NCBI GenBank assembly: GCA_910587275.1
Contig: CAJUMD010000005.1
Span: 2,868-66,867, forward strand
Reading direction: 5' to 3'
DNA: 64,000 nucleotides
From: an uncultured Kineothrix sp.
GTDB taxonomy: Bacteria; Bacillota; Clostridia; Lachnospirales; Lachnospiraceae
Of the stretch, positions 1 to 10,558 are shown one piece after another. The notes under the pieces are model-generated. The model was not told the DNA's origin and made no database searches. It saw only the letters and a list, made by a program, of their open reading frames with translations. Each line of letters begins with the position of its first letter. Within the stretch, counting starts at the first letter, position 1. The position numbers were made by a program, and so were the translations under genes.

Positions 1-47
1 AGATGGGCAGGATGAGCTTCTCCATGAAGGACGTGGCACAGCAGTAA
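1..47 (+). CDS. 3' end of an upstream gene, probably an S1-domain C-terminus (PNPase-like)
   Basis: The frame from position 3 reads MGRMSFSMKDVAQQ*, resembling the 'GRI.LS.K' end of an S1 domain, and a terminator follows. Only 14 codons are visible. Confidence 0.4.
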   Translation, partial: MGRMSFSMKDVAQQ

Positions 48-110
48 GGGAATATTTTGAAAAAGGCGAAAAGGAAACAGACCGGTAAAAACCGGAAAGA
101 AAAGGGGAGC

Positions 111-151
111 AAAAAACAGCCGCACGGAGCGATTCGTGCGGCTGTTTTTTT
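111..151. terminator. Bidirectional intrinsic terminator
   Basis: AAAAAACAGCCGCACG-loop-CGTGCGGCTGTTTTTT between convergent genes. Confidence 0.85.
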
Positions 152-209
152 GGAAATATGCCGCCAAAGCAGCGCTGCCGTGCGGCGGCAATACCTGGCA
201 GGGGGCAGA

Positions 210-455
210 CTACACTGCCTCATGGAATGTCCTGCTGATGACATCTGCCTGCTGTTCCGGTGTCAGCTTGATGAAGTTTACGGCATATCCGCTGACACGG
301 ATTGTAAGCTGGGGATAGTTTTCCGGGTGTTTCTGCGCATCCAGGAGAGTGTCCCTGTTCAGTACGTTGACATTTAAGTGGTGGCCGCCTTTTTCTGCAT
401 ATCCGTCCAATAAGTTCACCAAGTTATCTACCTGTGCCGTATTTGCTGCTGTCAT
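210..455 (-). CDS. grcA: Autonomous glycyl radical cofactor (PFL spare-part protein)
   Basis: 81 aa consisting only of the glycyl radical domain (HLNVNV...[11 protein letters not shown]); AAGGAGG RBS. Confidence 0.9.
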   Translation of the reverse strand: MTAANTAQVDNLVNLLDGYAEKGGHHLNVNVLNRDTLLDAQKHPENYPQLTIRVSGYAVNFIKLTPEQQADVISRTFHEAV

Positions 456-520
456 AAAAAATACCTCCTTAAAATATAAAATAAATTAATAATAATAACG
501 GTTACTGTTTTTATAAATAT

Positions 521-549
521 ATATTACCACCCGTTATATAAATTGTCTA
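521..549 (-). promoter_or_regulatory. Putative sigma-A promoter of grcA
   Basis: Minus strand TAGACA-N17-TAATAT with TG extension. Confidence 0.5.
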
Positions 550-605
550 TAAAAAAAGGAAATTTATGTGTATTTTTTTGAATACAAAATTCCTTCCCCA
601 AACAG

Positions 606-633
606 GCATAACTTGGACAACGGCACATATATT
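606..633 (+). promoter_or_regulatory. Putative sigma-E promoter of the spoIIIA operon
   Basis: GCATA at 606-610 and CATATATT at 626-633 match the sigma-E consensus; spoIIIA is a known sigma-E operon. Confidence 0.6.
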
Positions 634-666
634 AGGATAAGGGATAAGGAAAGGATGTGACGGCAG

Positions 667-1620
667 ATGGCGGTAAAGGAAGATATCCTGCGGATTTTTC
701 CGGACTACATGAGGTACCTGTGGAAAGGGACGGCGCAGAACGCGGCAGAATTACAGGAAATCCGGCTCCGTACGGGGCGGGAAATCATGGTGATGATTCA
801 TGGGAAAGAATATTATCTGGACGGCGGCGGACAGGTTGTACAGGATAAAAACGGCGCCGTATGCGTGACGGAACAGGATATGGAGGCGGTGTTAAACCAT
901 ATCTGCGACTATTCGGTCTATGCGTTCTGCGATGAGATACGGCAGGGATTCCTTACGCTTCCGGGCGGACACAGGGTCGGATTGGCAGGACAGGTTATCA
1001 TGGAGGAAGGTGGGATGATCCGGAACATGAAGCATATCCGTTATATGAATATCCGTATTTCCCACGAAATCAAAGGGGCAGCGGACCCGGTCATGCCTTA
1101 TCTGTATGAGGACAGGCAATTACTGAATACGCTGTTAATATCACCGCCGGGCTGTGGGAAAACGACGCTGCTTAGGGATATGATACGGCAGATTGCGGAC
1201 GGCAACCGTTTTTCAGGGGGACTAAATGTGGCGGTGGTGGATGAGCGGTCGGAAATCGCCGGCTGTTACATGGGCAGTCCCCAAAACGATGTGGGGATGC
1301 GCACGGACGTGCTGGATGCATGTCCGAAGGCTGCGGGCATGATGATGCTGCTGCGCTCCATGGCACCGCAGGTGGTAGCGGTAGACGAGCTGGGAGACGA
1401 GGACGACATCCGTGCCTGCGGCCGGGTGATGCAGTGCGGGAGCCGGATTCTTGCCACGGTCCACGGGGATTCCCTGGAGGAAATTGCGGAGAAGGATTTT
1501 TTAAAAGATTTAATCCGCAGACAGGCATTCGGAAGGTATGTCATGCTGGGCAGGACGGACGGGACATGCAGGGTAAAAGCCATTTATGACAGGGGGCTGC
1601 GGTTATGTTACGGCTCTTAG
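667..1620 (+). CDS. spoIIIAA: Stage III sporulation protein AA (ATPase)
   Basis: QEIRLR, GGHRVG, Walker A SPPGCGKTT, VDERSEIA; first gene of an 8-gene operon. Confidence 0.95.
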   Translation: MAVKEDILRIFPDYMRYLWKGTAQNAAELQEIRLRTGREIMVMIHGKEYYLDGGGQVVQDKNGAVCVTEQDMEAVLNHICDYSVYAFCDEIRQGFLTLPGGHRVGLAGQVIMEEGGMIRNMKHIRYMNIRISHEIKGAADPVMPYLYEDRQLLNTLLISPPGCGKTTLLRDMIRQIADGNRFSGGLNVAVVDERSEIAGCYMGSPQNDVGMRTDVLDACPKAAGMMMLLRSMAPQVVAVDELGDEDDIRACGRVMQCGSRILATVHGDSLEEIAEKDFLKDLIRRQAFGRYVMLGRTDGTCRVKAIYDRGLRLCYGS

Positions 1621-2123
1621 GGCTCTGTTTCCTGTCGGCAGGCTGCATGGGACTTGGGTGGTCGTTAAAGGAGCGGTTAAAAAAATCCCTGGAAGAAATG
1701 TACCAAATACGGCAGATGATGCAGATGATGCAGAATGAAATCATATACAGCCGTGCGCCGCTGCCGGAAGCATGCCTGCGCATTGCCGGACGTACCGGGG
1801 AACCATACCGGAAGGCGTTTGCGGGAATACATAAAGAAATGTCCGAAAACCGCGGGACACCGTTCGGTGCAGTATGGAAATGCCGGATGGAAGAATGTGT
1901 CTGCGGGCTGGTTCTGCCCGTGGAGGAAAAAGCAAGGCTGGTGGAGCTGGGCGGCAGTGCGGGATTCATGGACGGTGGGATGCAGGCGCAGGTTTTGGAA
2001 CAGTACATCCGGCGGCTGGATTTGTCCATCGGGAAACAGGAAAAGGAAATGGCGGACAAAAGCAGGGTTATAATGAGCTTAAGCGTGATGGGAGGACTGC
2101 TCATCGCCGTCATACTGGTTTAA
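1605..2123 (+). CDS. spoIIIAB: Stage III sporulation protein AB
   Basis: N- and C-terminal TM helices, EIIYSRAPLPEA motif, operon position. Confidence 0.9.
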   Translation: MLRLLGLCFLSAGCMGLGWSLKERLKKSLEEMYQIRQMMQMMQNEIIYSRAPLPEACLRIAGRTGEPYRKAFAGIHKEMSENRGTPFGAVWKCRMEECVCGLVLPVEEKARLVELGGSAGFMDGGMQAQVLEQYIRRLDLSIGKQEKEMADKSRVIMSLSVMGGLLIAVILV

Positions 2124-2201
2124 AAACCGTGAAAAAGAAAAGGGCTGCGGGCAGCGGAAAAGAAAAAAGATGCGGAAGGCAGCGCGGAAATGGGGTTCGA
2201 T

Positions 2202-2396
2202 ATGGACGTTAGCCTGATATTTAAGATTGCGGCGGTTGGGATACTGATTACGATACTGAGCCAGGTCTTGAAACACAGTGGGAGAGAGGAACATGCATTT
2301 TTAATCAGTTTGGCGGGGCTGATTCTGGTGCTGACATGGATTGTCCCGTATATTTACGATTTGTTCACGATGATTCAAAACCTGTTTGAGCTTTAG
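2202..2396 (+). CDS. spoIIIAC: Stage III sporulation protein AC
   Basis: MDVSLIFKIAAVGIL...QVLKHSGREE. Confidence 0.95.
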   Translation: MDVSLIFKIAAVGILITILSQVLKHSGREEHAFLISLAGLILVLTWIVPYIYDLFTMIQNLFEL

Positions 2397-2482
2397 AGTG
2401 TGTTTGGAAAGTCATACAACTTGCGGCGTGCATCTGACAGAAAGCGTTTTCAGGCATATGCCGGCGGATTGGGAGGAGTGGT

Positions 2483-2869
2483 ATGGATATATGGAAGATA
2501 GGACTGCTTGGCATTGCGGGCGTCATGCTGGCGCTGCAGTTTAAATCGAACAAGCCGGAATACGGACTGTACATCGGTTTTGCCGTGAGTCTCCTTATTT
2601 TTTCCTTTGTGGTGTCCGGGCTGGACTCCCTGTTTGGAAATATGGGTATCCTGGGACAGTATATCGGCGGAAACGGGACTTATTTTTCCATTTTACTGAA
2701 GGTAATCGGGATTACTTATATATGCGAGTTTTGTGCCGGTATATGCAGGGATGCGGGGTATGGATCGGTTTCCGGGCAAATTGAGATTTTCGGCAAACTG
2801 TCCGTGCTTGCTGCGGGAATGCCGATTCTGTTGGCTATCATAGAAAGTATTCAGGAGATTGCGGGATGA
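2483..2869 (+). CDS. spoIIIAD: Stage III sporulation protein AD
   Basis: LLKVIGITYICEFCAGICRDAG...IEIFGK motif. Confidence 0.95.
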   Translation: MDIWKIGLLGIAGVMLALQFKSNKPEYGLYIGFAVSLLIFSFVVSGLDSLFGNMGILGQYIGGNGTYFSILLKVIGITYICEFCAGICRDAGYGSVSGQIEIFGKLSVLAAGMPILLAIIESIQEIAG

Positions 2870-4050
2870 GGAAAATATGGTTTCTGCCTGCCGCGGCATT
2901 TGTCCTGTTACTGACCGTATACATGCCGGTATATGCGGCAGGAGGCGGTATGGGGACGGAAGATACGGGAATACAGGGCGCGGAAACGGAAGGCATCGGA
3001 ATGGAAAGCGTATGGGGACAATACGGTTTGGAAGATATCGCAGGAAGCCTGGGGGACATGCTGCCGGATTACCAATGGGACATGCAGGGGATGATGGACT
3101 GCATCCTGCGGGGGAACATTGGGGAGGCGGTAGGGCTTTTATGGGACGGTGCGAAAGGAAAGCTGGCGGCGGAAGTGTCGGGGTTAAAGCATATATTTGC
3201 CGCCATATTGGTTTTGGGTATTGTTTCCGCCCTGTTTTCCAATTTTTCGGATATTTTTCCAAACCACCAGATTGCGGATATCAGTTTTTATTTCCTGTAC
3301 CTGCTGCTGATGGCGGTTTTGATGAAGGCTTTTTCGGCGGCGGCGGGAATTGCGGCACAGACAGTGGAAAATATCGTGTTGTTTGTTAAGATGTTTATTC
3401 CCACTTATTTCATGGCGGTAGGGGCGGCATCGGGGGCGGCATCGGCGGCGGTATACTACCAGTTTATGCTTATTCTGGCTTACGGGGTGGAAAAACTCCT
3501 CTCGTCCGTACTTCTGCCGTTAATTTACAGCTATGTGCTGCTTGCACTGATGAACGGTATATGGGCGGAGGAAAGGCTGGCGCTGCTGTTGGAATGCCTG
3601 AAAAAAGGAATCGGGATGGGGCTGAAAGTGGCATTGGGGGCAGTAACATCCTTAAGTCTGTTCCAGTCCATGATTACGCCGGTTTTGGATTCGCTGCAGG
3701 GAACGGCGGTGAAAAAGGCAATTTCGGTGATACCGGGAATTGGGAATCTGGCGGAGGGTGTGACGGAAATGGTACTGGGCTCGGCGGTATTGATTAAAAA
3801 CAGCATCGGTCTGTTTCTTCTTCTGCTTCTGCTCGGTATCTGTCTTGCACCGCTTGCAAAGCTGCTTTTGATTGCCTGTATCATGAAGGGGAGCGCCGCA
3901 CTGGCGGGAATTGTCAGCGATAAACGGATTACCGGATGTACCGACAGGGTGGGGGACGGAAGCCTGCTGTTGTTCCGTACGGCGTTTACGGCAGTCGCCC
4001 TGTTCTTAATCGTCATTGCCGTCGTGGCTTATACGACGGGGAAACTGTGA
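2866..4050 (+). CDS. spoIIIAE: Stage III sporulation protein AE
   Basis: Polytopic membrane protein with IPGIG...VLGSAVLIKNSIG. Confidence 0.95.
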   Translation: MRKIWFLPAAAFVLLLTVYMPVYAAGGGMGTEDTGIQGAETEGIGMESVWGQYGLEDIAGSLGDMLPDYQWDMQGMMDCILRGNIGEAVGLLWDGAKGKLAAEVSGLKHIFAAILVLGIVSALFSNFSDIFPNHQIADISFYFLYLLLMAVLMKAFSAAAGIAAQTVENIVLFVKMFIPTYFMAVGAASGAASAAVYYQFMLILAYGVEKLLSSVLLPLIYSYVLLALMNGIWAEERLALLLECLKKGIGMGLKVALGAVTSLSLFQSMITPVLDSLQGTAVKKAISVIPGIGNLAEGVTEMVLGSAVLIKNSIGLFLLLLLLGICLAPLAKLLLIACIMKGSAALAGIVSDKRITGCTDRVGDGSLLLFRTAFTAVALFLIVIAVVAYTTGKL

Positions 4051-4157
4051 AGACCGATTTCCCCATTTGCACGGCAAAACCGGCACGGGAAACACCATGG
4101 GAAAATGATTTATGACGTTTCCCAAAATACGGGTGCGGCTGGAAAAAAGGAAGGGAG

Positions 4158-4874
4158 ATGGCAGGTATGCCGGACGGGACTTTTTTGGATTATATGAAAA
4201 GTATGGGTATTTTCATTATCTGCGCCCAAAGTTTCATGTATTTTACGGCAGGAAAGACTTATGAGAAATATGTGAAGCTGTTAATCGGCGTGATGATACT
4301 GGCGCAGTTTATCGTACCGGTGAGGGCGGTATTCCTGGGCGGGGATAATGCCCCGGTTTGGGCGGACATTAGGAGATTCCAGCGGGAACTTGAAACTGCC
4401 ATGCAGGAAGCAGGCACGGGTATTGGCGGCGGAATGGAAACCGGGAGTGGAAACGGTACCGGGGCAGGAGCAGAAACGGAAAAGAAGGCACTGGAAGCGG
4501 AAATCAAGGAGCGGCTTGCCAATGCCGCGGTATCCTACGGGATGTCGGTGGAGGAAGTGGAATTGGTGGAAGACGCATCGAAGATAGCGGTTGTGGTACG
4601 CCGAAAGGGAGACGGACGGCAGGAAAACGGAAAAACGGAAAACGCAAAAACGGAAGGCGGACAGATGGAAAGCGGTACCATTAAGGTGGAGAAAATAACC
4701 GTCGGACAAAAGGCCGGGCAGGATATCGAATGGGAAAAGGAGGACGGGGAGACGGGCGGCGCCGTGACGGAACATGCCGAAGATGTGCCGGAGGGTATGG
4801 CGGAGGCTTTTGCCAAAGTGCTTGGCATCGATGCCGGTTATATGGAAATCACGATAAGAAAACAGGAAAAATAA
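4158..4874 (+). CDS. spoIIIAF: Stage III sporulation protein AF
   Basis: YEKYVKLLIGVMIL N-terminal motif and operon position; low-complexity insertions; start uncertain. Confidence 0.85.
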   Translation: MAGMPDGTFLDYMKSMGIFIICAQSFMYFTAGKTYEKYVKLLIGVMILAQFIVPVRAVFLGGDNAPVWADIRRFQRELETAMQEAGTGIGGGMETGSGNGTGAGAETEKKALEAEIKERLANAAVSYGMSVEEVELVEDASKIAVVVRRKGDGRQENGKTENAKTEGGQMESGTIKVEKITVGQKAGQDIEWEKEDGETGGAVTEHAEDVPEGMAEAFAKVLGIDAGYMEITIRKQEK

Positions 4875-4906
4875 AATGCGCAGGATATGCAAAACGGAGG
4901 TGTGAC

Positions 4907-5569
4907 ATGGGGACGGAAAAGCGCCAGGGAATGCTGCAGAAAATCAGAGAAGGAAAAAAGCCGGGAAAAGACCAGTTTGTCATCTGTATCCTTACGGGAA
5001 TTCTTCTGCTCGTCATTGCAATGCCGACTGCGGGAAAAAACGGGGGTAAGGCAGCAGAGTCCGGTATATGGGACAGCCAAACGGATACAATGGAAGAAAG
5101 CGGGGAAGCAGAACGGGCAGACAGCAATGGAAAAACGGAAAAAACAGAAAAAATTGGCAGTGCGGAGGAATATGAACGCTACATGGAGAATAAATTAGAA
5201 CAGGCAATATCAGCCATGGAAGGTGCCGGCAAAGTAAAGGTCATGATTACAGTGAATACTTCCAAGGAACTGGTAGTGGCAAAGGATAAACCGGAGACAC
5301 GGAGCGATACCACGGAGAACGATTCGGAGGGCGGCAGCAGGACCGTCAGCGGATTGGACAGTGAAGAAGAAACAGTATACAGAAAGGAAAGTGATGGAAG
5401 TTCCAGCCCCTATGTGGTAAAGACACTGCAGCCGGTCATTGAGGGTGTGGTTGTAATCACGCAGGGAGGAGACCGGCCGGAGGTGAGGAAAAATATTACG
5501 GAAGCGGTGGCGGCATTATTTGGTATAGAGCCGAATAAAATTAAAGTAGTAAAAATGAAATCCGAATAA
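4907..5569 (+). CDS. spoIIIAG: Stage III sporulation protein AG
   Basis: LEQAISAMEGAGKVKVMIT, PVIEGVVV, KIKVVKM; GGAGG RBS before ATG 4907. Confidence 0.93.
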   Translation: MGTEKRQGMLQKIREGKKPGKDQFVICILTGILLLVIAMPTAGKNGGKAAESGIWDSQTDTMEESGEAERADSNGKTEKTEKIGSAEEYERYMENKLEQAISAMEGAGKVKVMITVNTSKELVVAKDKPETRSDTTENDSEGGSRTVSGLDSEEETVYRKESDGSSSPYVVKTLQPVIEGVVVITQGGDRPEVRKNITEAVAALFGIEPNKIKVVKMKSE

Positions 5570-5589
5570 GAAGAAGGGGAGAAAGAGGC

Positions 5590-6297
5590 ATGAAGAATAT
5601 GCTTAAAAAAAATCAGATTATGATTACCGCACTGGCAATTATGATTGCAGTGGCGGGCTACCTGAATTTTGCGGGTACAAAGGTAACGGAAGAAGATATC
5701 ATGAGTGTGGACAGCGATACGGTGGTCAGTGACGAAGCGGATACGGACGTGGCGGCGATGCTGGATATTTCCGACGAGGATATTTTACAGTCCACGGAAT
5801 ACGGGGATATCGAGAGCCTGGATACGGATGTCAGCGTATTATCCGACGATTACCTGGATGAAGGAATGGCGGAAAACGTGGAGGAAACGGCGCCCATGGA
5901 CAGCGAAGTGCCGGGGGAAGCAGTTTTTACGTCCACATCCGGTATGAATTCCTTATCGGGGGCAAAACTGTTAAAGGAGCAGACAAGGGCAAAGAACAAG
6001 GAAATGCTGATGGAAATCATCAACAATGCCAATATCACGGAGAGCCAGAAGCAGGAAGCCGTGGATAACATGATTGCCCTGACGGATATTGCGGAGAAAG
6101 AGACGGCTGCAGAAATCCTGTTGGAATCCAAGGGATTTGCTGACGTGGTCGTAAGCATCAGCGACACGGGCGTGGATGTGGTAGTGGCTGCAGTGGAACT
6201 GTCGGAAGCCCAAAGGGCACAGATTGAGGATATCATTACAAGGAAGACGGGGGTATCGCCGGAAACCATCATTATCAGCACCACGGCGGCGGAATAG
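5590..6297 (+). CDS. spoIIIAH: Stage III sporulation protein AH
   Basis: KKNQIMITALAIMIAVAGYLN, EKETAAEILLESKGF. Confidence 0.93.
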   Translation: MKNMLKKNQIMITALAIMIAVAGYLNFAGTKVTEEDIMSVDSDTVVSDEADTDVAAMLDISDEDILQSTEYGDIESLDTDVSVLSDDYLDEGMAENVEETAPMDSEVPGEAVFTSTSGMNSLSGAKLLKEQTRAKNKEMLMEIINNANITESQKQEAVDNMIALTDIAEKETAAEILLESKGFADVVVSISDTGVDVVVAAVELSEAQRAQIEDIITRKTGVSPETIIISTTAAE

Positions 6298-6307
6298 GAA
6301 ATAGGAG

Positions 6308-6336
6308 TTTATTTGGGAGCGGATATGTGCTATAAT
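6308..6336 (+). promoter_or_regulatory. Putative sigma-A extended -10 promoter upstream of prfC
   Basis: TTTATT-N17-TATAAT with TGn (TGCTATAAT). Confidence 0.55.
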
Positions 6337-6609
6337 ACTAGGCGTTGATGCTTTTGGGCAGGAGATGCCCGGATTTAAAAAAACGGGATACGCAAGAAGG
6401 TAAGAGGTATACGGATGAAACATATATATTTCATGGTACTTAACGGTGTGGAAACCGGGGCGGAAGATGCGGGGGAGCATGGGGGGCAAAGAACGGCTTT
6501 CCCTGCTTCCCGGACATACGGCTCCGTTTTTCCATGTATTGTGGGTCCAACGTAGTGTCCGGAAATCAGACATACGGGAAGGAATGCAGCATATGCAGGA
6601 GAAAAAGGC

Positions 6610-8217
6610 ATGGAGGAAAAATACATGGGCAATTATGCAGAGGAAATAAACAGGAGAAGGACATTCGCAATCATATCACATCCCGATGCAGGGAAGACGA
6701 CGCTGACCGAGAAATTCCTCCTTTACGGGGGAGCCATTAACCTGGCAGGAAGCGTAAAGGGGAAAGCGACAGCGCGCCATGCGGTTTCCGACTGGATGGA
6801 AATTGAGAAGGAAAGGGGTATTTCCGTTACCAGCAGCGTATTGCAGTTTGCATATGACGGTTTCTGCATCAATATTCTGGATACGCCGGGACACCAGGAC
6901 TTTTCCGAGGATACTTACCGCACGCTGATGGCGGCGGATTCTGCCGTCATGGTGATTGACGCATCCAAGGGAGTGGAGGCGCAGACGAGAAAACTGTTTA
7001 AAGTCTGTGTGATGCGTAAGATTCCGATTTTTACATTTATTAATAAGATGGACCGCGATGCGGGGGACATGTTTGAGCTTTTGGACGAAATTGAACGGGA
7101 ACTGGGTATTGCCACCTGTCCCATGAACTGGCCCATCGGTTCCGGCAAGGGGTTTAAGGGTGTGTACGACAGGGGGGAGCAATGCGTATATACTTATTCC
7201 GATACCCAAAAGGGGACGAAAGAAGGGGAAACCACTGTGATTCCGGCGGCGGAAGAAGCGCGCCTTACGGAATATATCGGCGGGGAACTAAAGGATAAAT
7301 TGTATGAGGATATTGAGCTTTTGGACGGCGCCAGCGCGGAGTATGATTTGGACGTAATACGGGCAGGGGAATTGACGCCGGTGTTTTTCGGTTCAGCGCT
7401 GACGAATTTCGGGGTGGAGATTTTTTTGCAGCACTTTTTAAAAATGACGACAACACCGCTTCCGCGGAGGGCGGATACCGGACTGGTTGATCCGGTGGAA
7501 AACCAGTTTTCCGCGTTTGTGTTTAAGATTCAGGCGAACATGAACAAAGCGCACCGGGACCGGATTGCATTTATGCGTATCTGTTCTGGGAAATATGAGG
7601 CGAGCATGGAAGTAAAACATGTGCAGGGAGGCAAGAACATGCGTCTCTCCCAGCCGCAGCAGATTATGGCCAGCGAGCGGAAGATTTTGGAAGAAGCGTA
7701 TGCGGGAGATATCATAGGTGTATTCGACCCGGGGATTTTTGCCATCGGCGATACGCTCTGTATGCCTAAGGAGCAGTTCGTGTATGAAGGGATTCCCACT
7801 TTTGCTCCGGAACATTTTGCGAGGGTACGCCAAATCGATACGATGAAGCGCAAGCAGTTTGTCAAGGGAATTGAGCAGATTGCACAGGAAGGGGCCATAC
7901 AGATTTTCCAGGAATTTAACACGGGTATGGAAGAAATCATCGTGGGTGTGGTAGGCGTGCTGCAGTTTGAAGTGCTCAAATACAGGCTGGAAAATGAATA
8001 TAATGTGGAAATTAAGCTGGAACCGCTTCCTTATGAACATATCCGCTGGGTGGAAAACAAGGATATGGATATCATGAAGCTGACAGGTACTTCCGATATG
8101 AAGAAAGTGAAAGACATGAAGGGCAATCCGTTGCTTCTGTTCGTGAACCAGTGGAGTATCGGCATGACGCTGGACAGAAACGAAGGGTTAATATTATCCG
8201 AGTTTGGACGTGATTAA
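6610..8217 (+). CDS. prfC: Peptide chain release factor 3
   Basis: RRTFAIISHPDAGKTTLTEK, DTPGHQDFSEDTYR, NKMD, FKIQANM. Confidence 0.97.
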   Translation: MEEKYMGNYAEEINRRRTFAIISHPDAGKTTLTEKFLLYGGAINLAGSVKGKATARHAVSDWMEIEKERGISVTSSVLQFAYDGFCINILDTPGHQDFSEDTYRTLMAADSAVMVIDASKGVEAQTRKLFKVCVMRKIPIFTFINKMDRDAGDMFELLDEIERELGIATCPMNWPIGSGKGFKGVYDRGEQCVYTYSDTQKGTKEGETTVIPAAEEARLTEYIGGELKDKLYEDIELLDGASAEYDLDVIRAGELTPVFFGSALTNFGVEIFLQHFLKMTTTPLPRRADTGLVDPVENQFSAFVFKIQANMNKAHRDRIAFMRICSGKYEASMEVKHVQGGKNMRLSQPQQIMASERKILEEAYAGDIIGVFDPGIFAIGDTLCMPKEQFVYEGIPTFAPEHFARVRQIDTMKRKQFVKGIEQIAQEGAIQIFQEFNTGMEEIIVGVVGVLQFEVLKYRLENEYNVEIKLEPLPYEHIRWVENKDMDIMKLTGTSDMKKVKDMKGNPLLLFVNQWSIGMTLDRNEGLILSEFGRD

Positions 8218-9549
8218 TTGTTGGGAAAACAGATAGGGAAAAAGGGAATACTCGCCGGTCTTTTCCTGCTGCTCCTGTTTGGGACAGGCTGCAGCATAAG
8301 TCCGGGCGGGCGGCAGGAAAAGGCTCCCGCCGTAACCAGAGAGCAGGACGACGGGAACCGTAATGCGGATATGGCGGACGAACTCCCGGCGGGGGAGAAA
8401 TCCGGGGCAGAAGGTGCGGCACCGGGGGAAAGTGCGGAAACCGGCACGGAAGAAACGGGGGAGGATACTGCCCGTGAGGCGGTAGGATTGTCGGAGGAGA
8501 AACTCCCGCTATTGCTTGCGGCACAGGAAGGTCACTATCATTTTGACCGTTTAAACGGGGACATGCAGTTGGTATATGTGGAAATCTATCAGATTCTCTG
8601 CGGCAGGGGAGAAGATGTAAGGATTTCCTGTATGGATACGGACCGGATTGAAAAGGCGTTTCAGTGCGTGCTAAATGACCATCCCGAAATCTTTTATGTG
8701 GACGGCTATACGTTTACCAAGTATACGCTGGGGGAAGAACTGAAAAAAATTACTTTTACCGGGACATACCATATGGAGCGGGAAGAAGTGGAAGCAAACC
8801 AAAAAAAGATTAAGCAATATGTGTCGTTGTGTCTTTCGGGTATTCCGGCAGAGGCGGATGAATATGAAAAGGTAAAATATGTCTATGAATATATCATCGA
8901 CCATACGGAGTATAATGCGGACGCGGCGGATAACCAAAATATCTGTTCCGTTTTCCTCTATGGGCAGTCCGTGTGTCAGGGGTATGCCAAGGCAATGCAG
9001 TACCTGTTAAATGAGCTGGATATTTTTTCCACCCTTGTCATCGGGAGAGTGTCGGACGGGGAAGGACATGCCTGGAATCTGGTGCGGATTGACGGGCAAT
9101 ACTATTATGTGGATGCCACATGGGGGGATGCTTCCTACCGGATGGTGGAAGAAGCGGATTCCGGAGGGGAAGAAAACGGCGGACATGAGAACCTTCCGAC
9201 CATTAACTATGACTACCTTTGCGTGACTACCGAGCAGCTGCGCAGGACCCACACCATAGAAAACGTCGTGGAACTGCCGGAATGTACGTCCATGGAGGCA
9301 AATTATTATGTGAGGGAAGGGGCGTATTTTACTTCGCTGGATGAGGAAAAACTGCGTGGGCTTTTTGAAAAAGAGTATGCCAAAGGCAGTACCTATGTGA
9401 CCTTAAAATGCAGCGGGGAGACGGTTTACCAGCAGATGGGGGAATTTCTGATTGAAGAACAGGAGATTTTCCGCTATTTGGACAGCCCGGACGGGGTGGT
9501 TGCTTATGCGGATAATGCGGAGCAGATGAGTCTGAGCTTTTGGTTGTGA
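8218..9549 (+). CDS. Transglutaminase-like domain lipoprotein
   Basis: Lipobox LFGTGC and Cys-His-Asp triad (VCQGYA, GHAWN, YVDATW); TTG start. Confidence 0.8.
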   Translation: MLGKQIGKKGILAGLFLLLLFGTGCSISPGGRQEKAPAVTREQDDGNRNADMADELPAGEKSGAEGAAPGESAETGTEETGEDTAREAVGLSEEKLPLLLAAQEGHYHFDRLNGDMQLVYVEIYQILCGRGEDVRISCMDTDRIEKAFQCVLNDHPEIFYVDGYTFTKYTLGEELKKITFTGTYHMEREEVEANQKKIKQYVSLCLSGIPAEADEYEKVKYVYEYIIDHTEYNADAADNQNICSVFLYGQSVCQGYAKAMQYLLNELDIFSTLVIGRVSDGEGHAWNLVRIDGQYYYVDATWGDASYRMVEEADSGGEENGGHENLPTINYDYLCVTTEQLRRTHTIENVVELPECTSMEANYYVREGAYFTSLDEEKLRGLFEKEYAKGSTYVTLKCSGETVYQQMGEFLIEEQEIFRYLDSPDGVVAYADNAEQMSLSFWL

Positions 9550-9669
9550 GACGGCGGTAAGGAACCGTTAATAAATGAAAAGATGGGTCTATGCAAATCC
9601 AGGAAATTTTGGTATCATGGTAAAAATGGGGTTGTGTTTACGGTTTGTGAGTAAAATGGAGGTTTTGGA

Positions 9670-10056
9670 ATGGAAAAAGAATTAGATAAAAGTACGCAGG
9701 TATTAAAGGAAGATGAGGGAATCGGCTCGGTGAAGATTGCGGATGACGTGGTGGCGATGATTGCGGGAATCGCGGCGGCGGAAGTGGACGGTGTGGCGGC
9801 GATGGCTGGTAATGTACCGAATGAGTTCATGAGCAAGGTGGGCGTGAAGAACCTGAAAAAAGGCGTGAAGGTGGAAGTGTACAATAAAGTGGTAAAGGTG
9901 GATTTGGCGCTGATTATGGAATACGGTTACAATATTCCGGCAACCAGCCAGAAAGTACAGGAAAAGGTGAAGAACGCCATTGAGAACATGACCGGGCTGG
10001 AAGTATCGGATGTCAATATCCGTATTGCCGGAGTGAACATGTTAAAGGACAGATAG
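9670..10056 (+). CDS. Asp23/Gls24 family protein (YqhY-like)
   Basis: [18 protein letters not shown]...KGVKV...IENMTGL; lies before nusB. Confidence 0.92.
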   Translation: MEKELDKSTQVLKEDEGIGSVKIADDVVAMIAGIAAAEVDGVAAMAGNVPNEFMSKVGVKNLKKGVKVEVYNKVVKVDLALIMEYGYNIPATSQKVQEKVKNAIENMTGLEVSDVNIRIAGVNMLKDR

Positions 10057-10069
10057 GACGAAAGCAAAG

Positions 10070-10468
10070 ATGGGAAGACGAGAACTGAGAGAGCAAATCT
10101 TTAAGCTGTTGTTCCGTGTGGAATTTAATCCTTTGGAAGACATGCCGGAGCAGGAAAAGTTGTTTTTTGAAGAAGAAGAAAACGCAGCGGACGAGAAAGA
10201 CGAGCAGTATATTCTTGGGAAATACGGGGATATTGTTTCCAAGCTGGATGTCATTGACGAGATGATTAATAAAGAAGCGAAAGGCTGGGAAACCGGGCGG
10301 ATGGGGAAGGTGGACCTGACGTTAATCCGCCTTGCGGTTTATGAGATGAAGTATGACGATGACATACCGACCGGCGTGGCAATCAACGAGGCGGTAGAAC
10401 TGGCGAAGAAATTCGGGCAGGACAATTCCCCGTCTTTTATCAACGGGGTACTTGCGAAATTTGCGTAA
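10070..10468 (+). CDS. nusB: Transcription antitermination factor NusB
   Basis: [26 protein letters not shown]. Confidence 0.96.
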   Translation: MGRRELREQIFKLLFRVEFNPLEDMPEQEKLFFEEEENAADEKDEQYILGKYGDIVSKLDVIDEMINKEAKGWETGRMGKVDLTLIRLAVYEMKYDDDIPTGVAINEAVELAKKFGQDNSPSFINGVLAKFA

Positions 10469-10558
10469 GGGACTGTCCGGCAGACGCTTTGCGGCCGGAG
10501 TGGGATTGGCGGCAGGGCAGACGGTTCCTGCGTACGTTCAGGGGGCATGGTTATAGGA

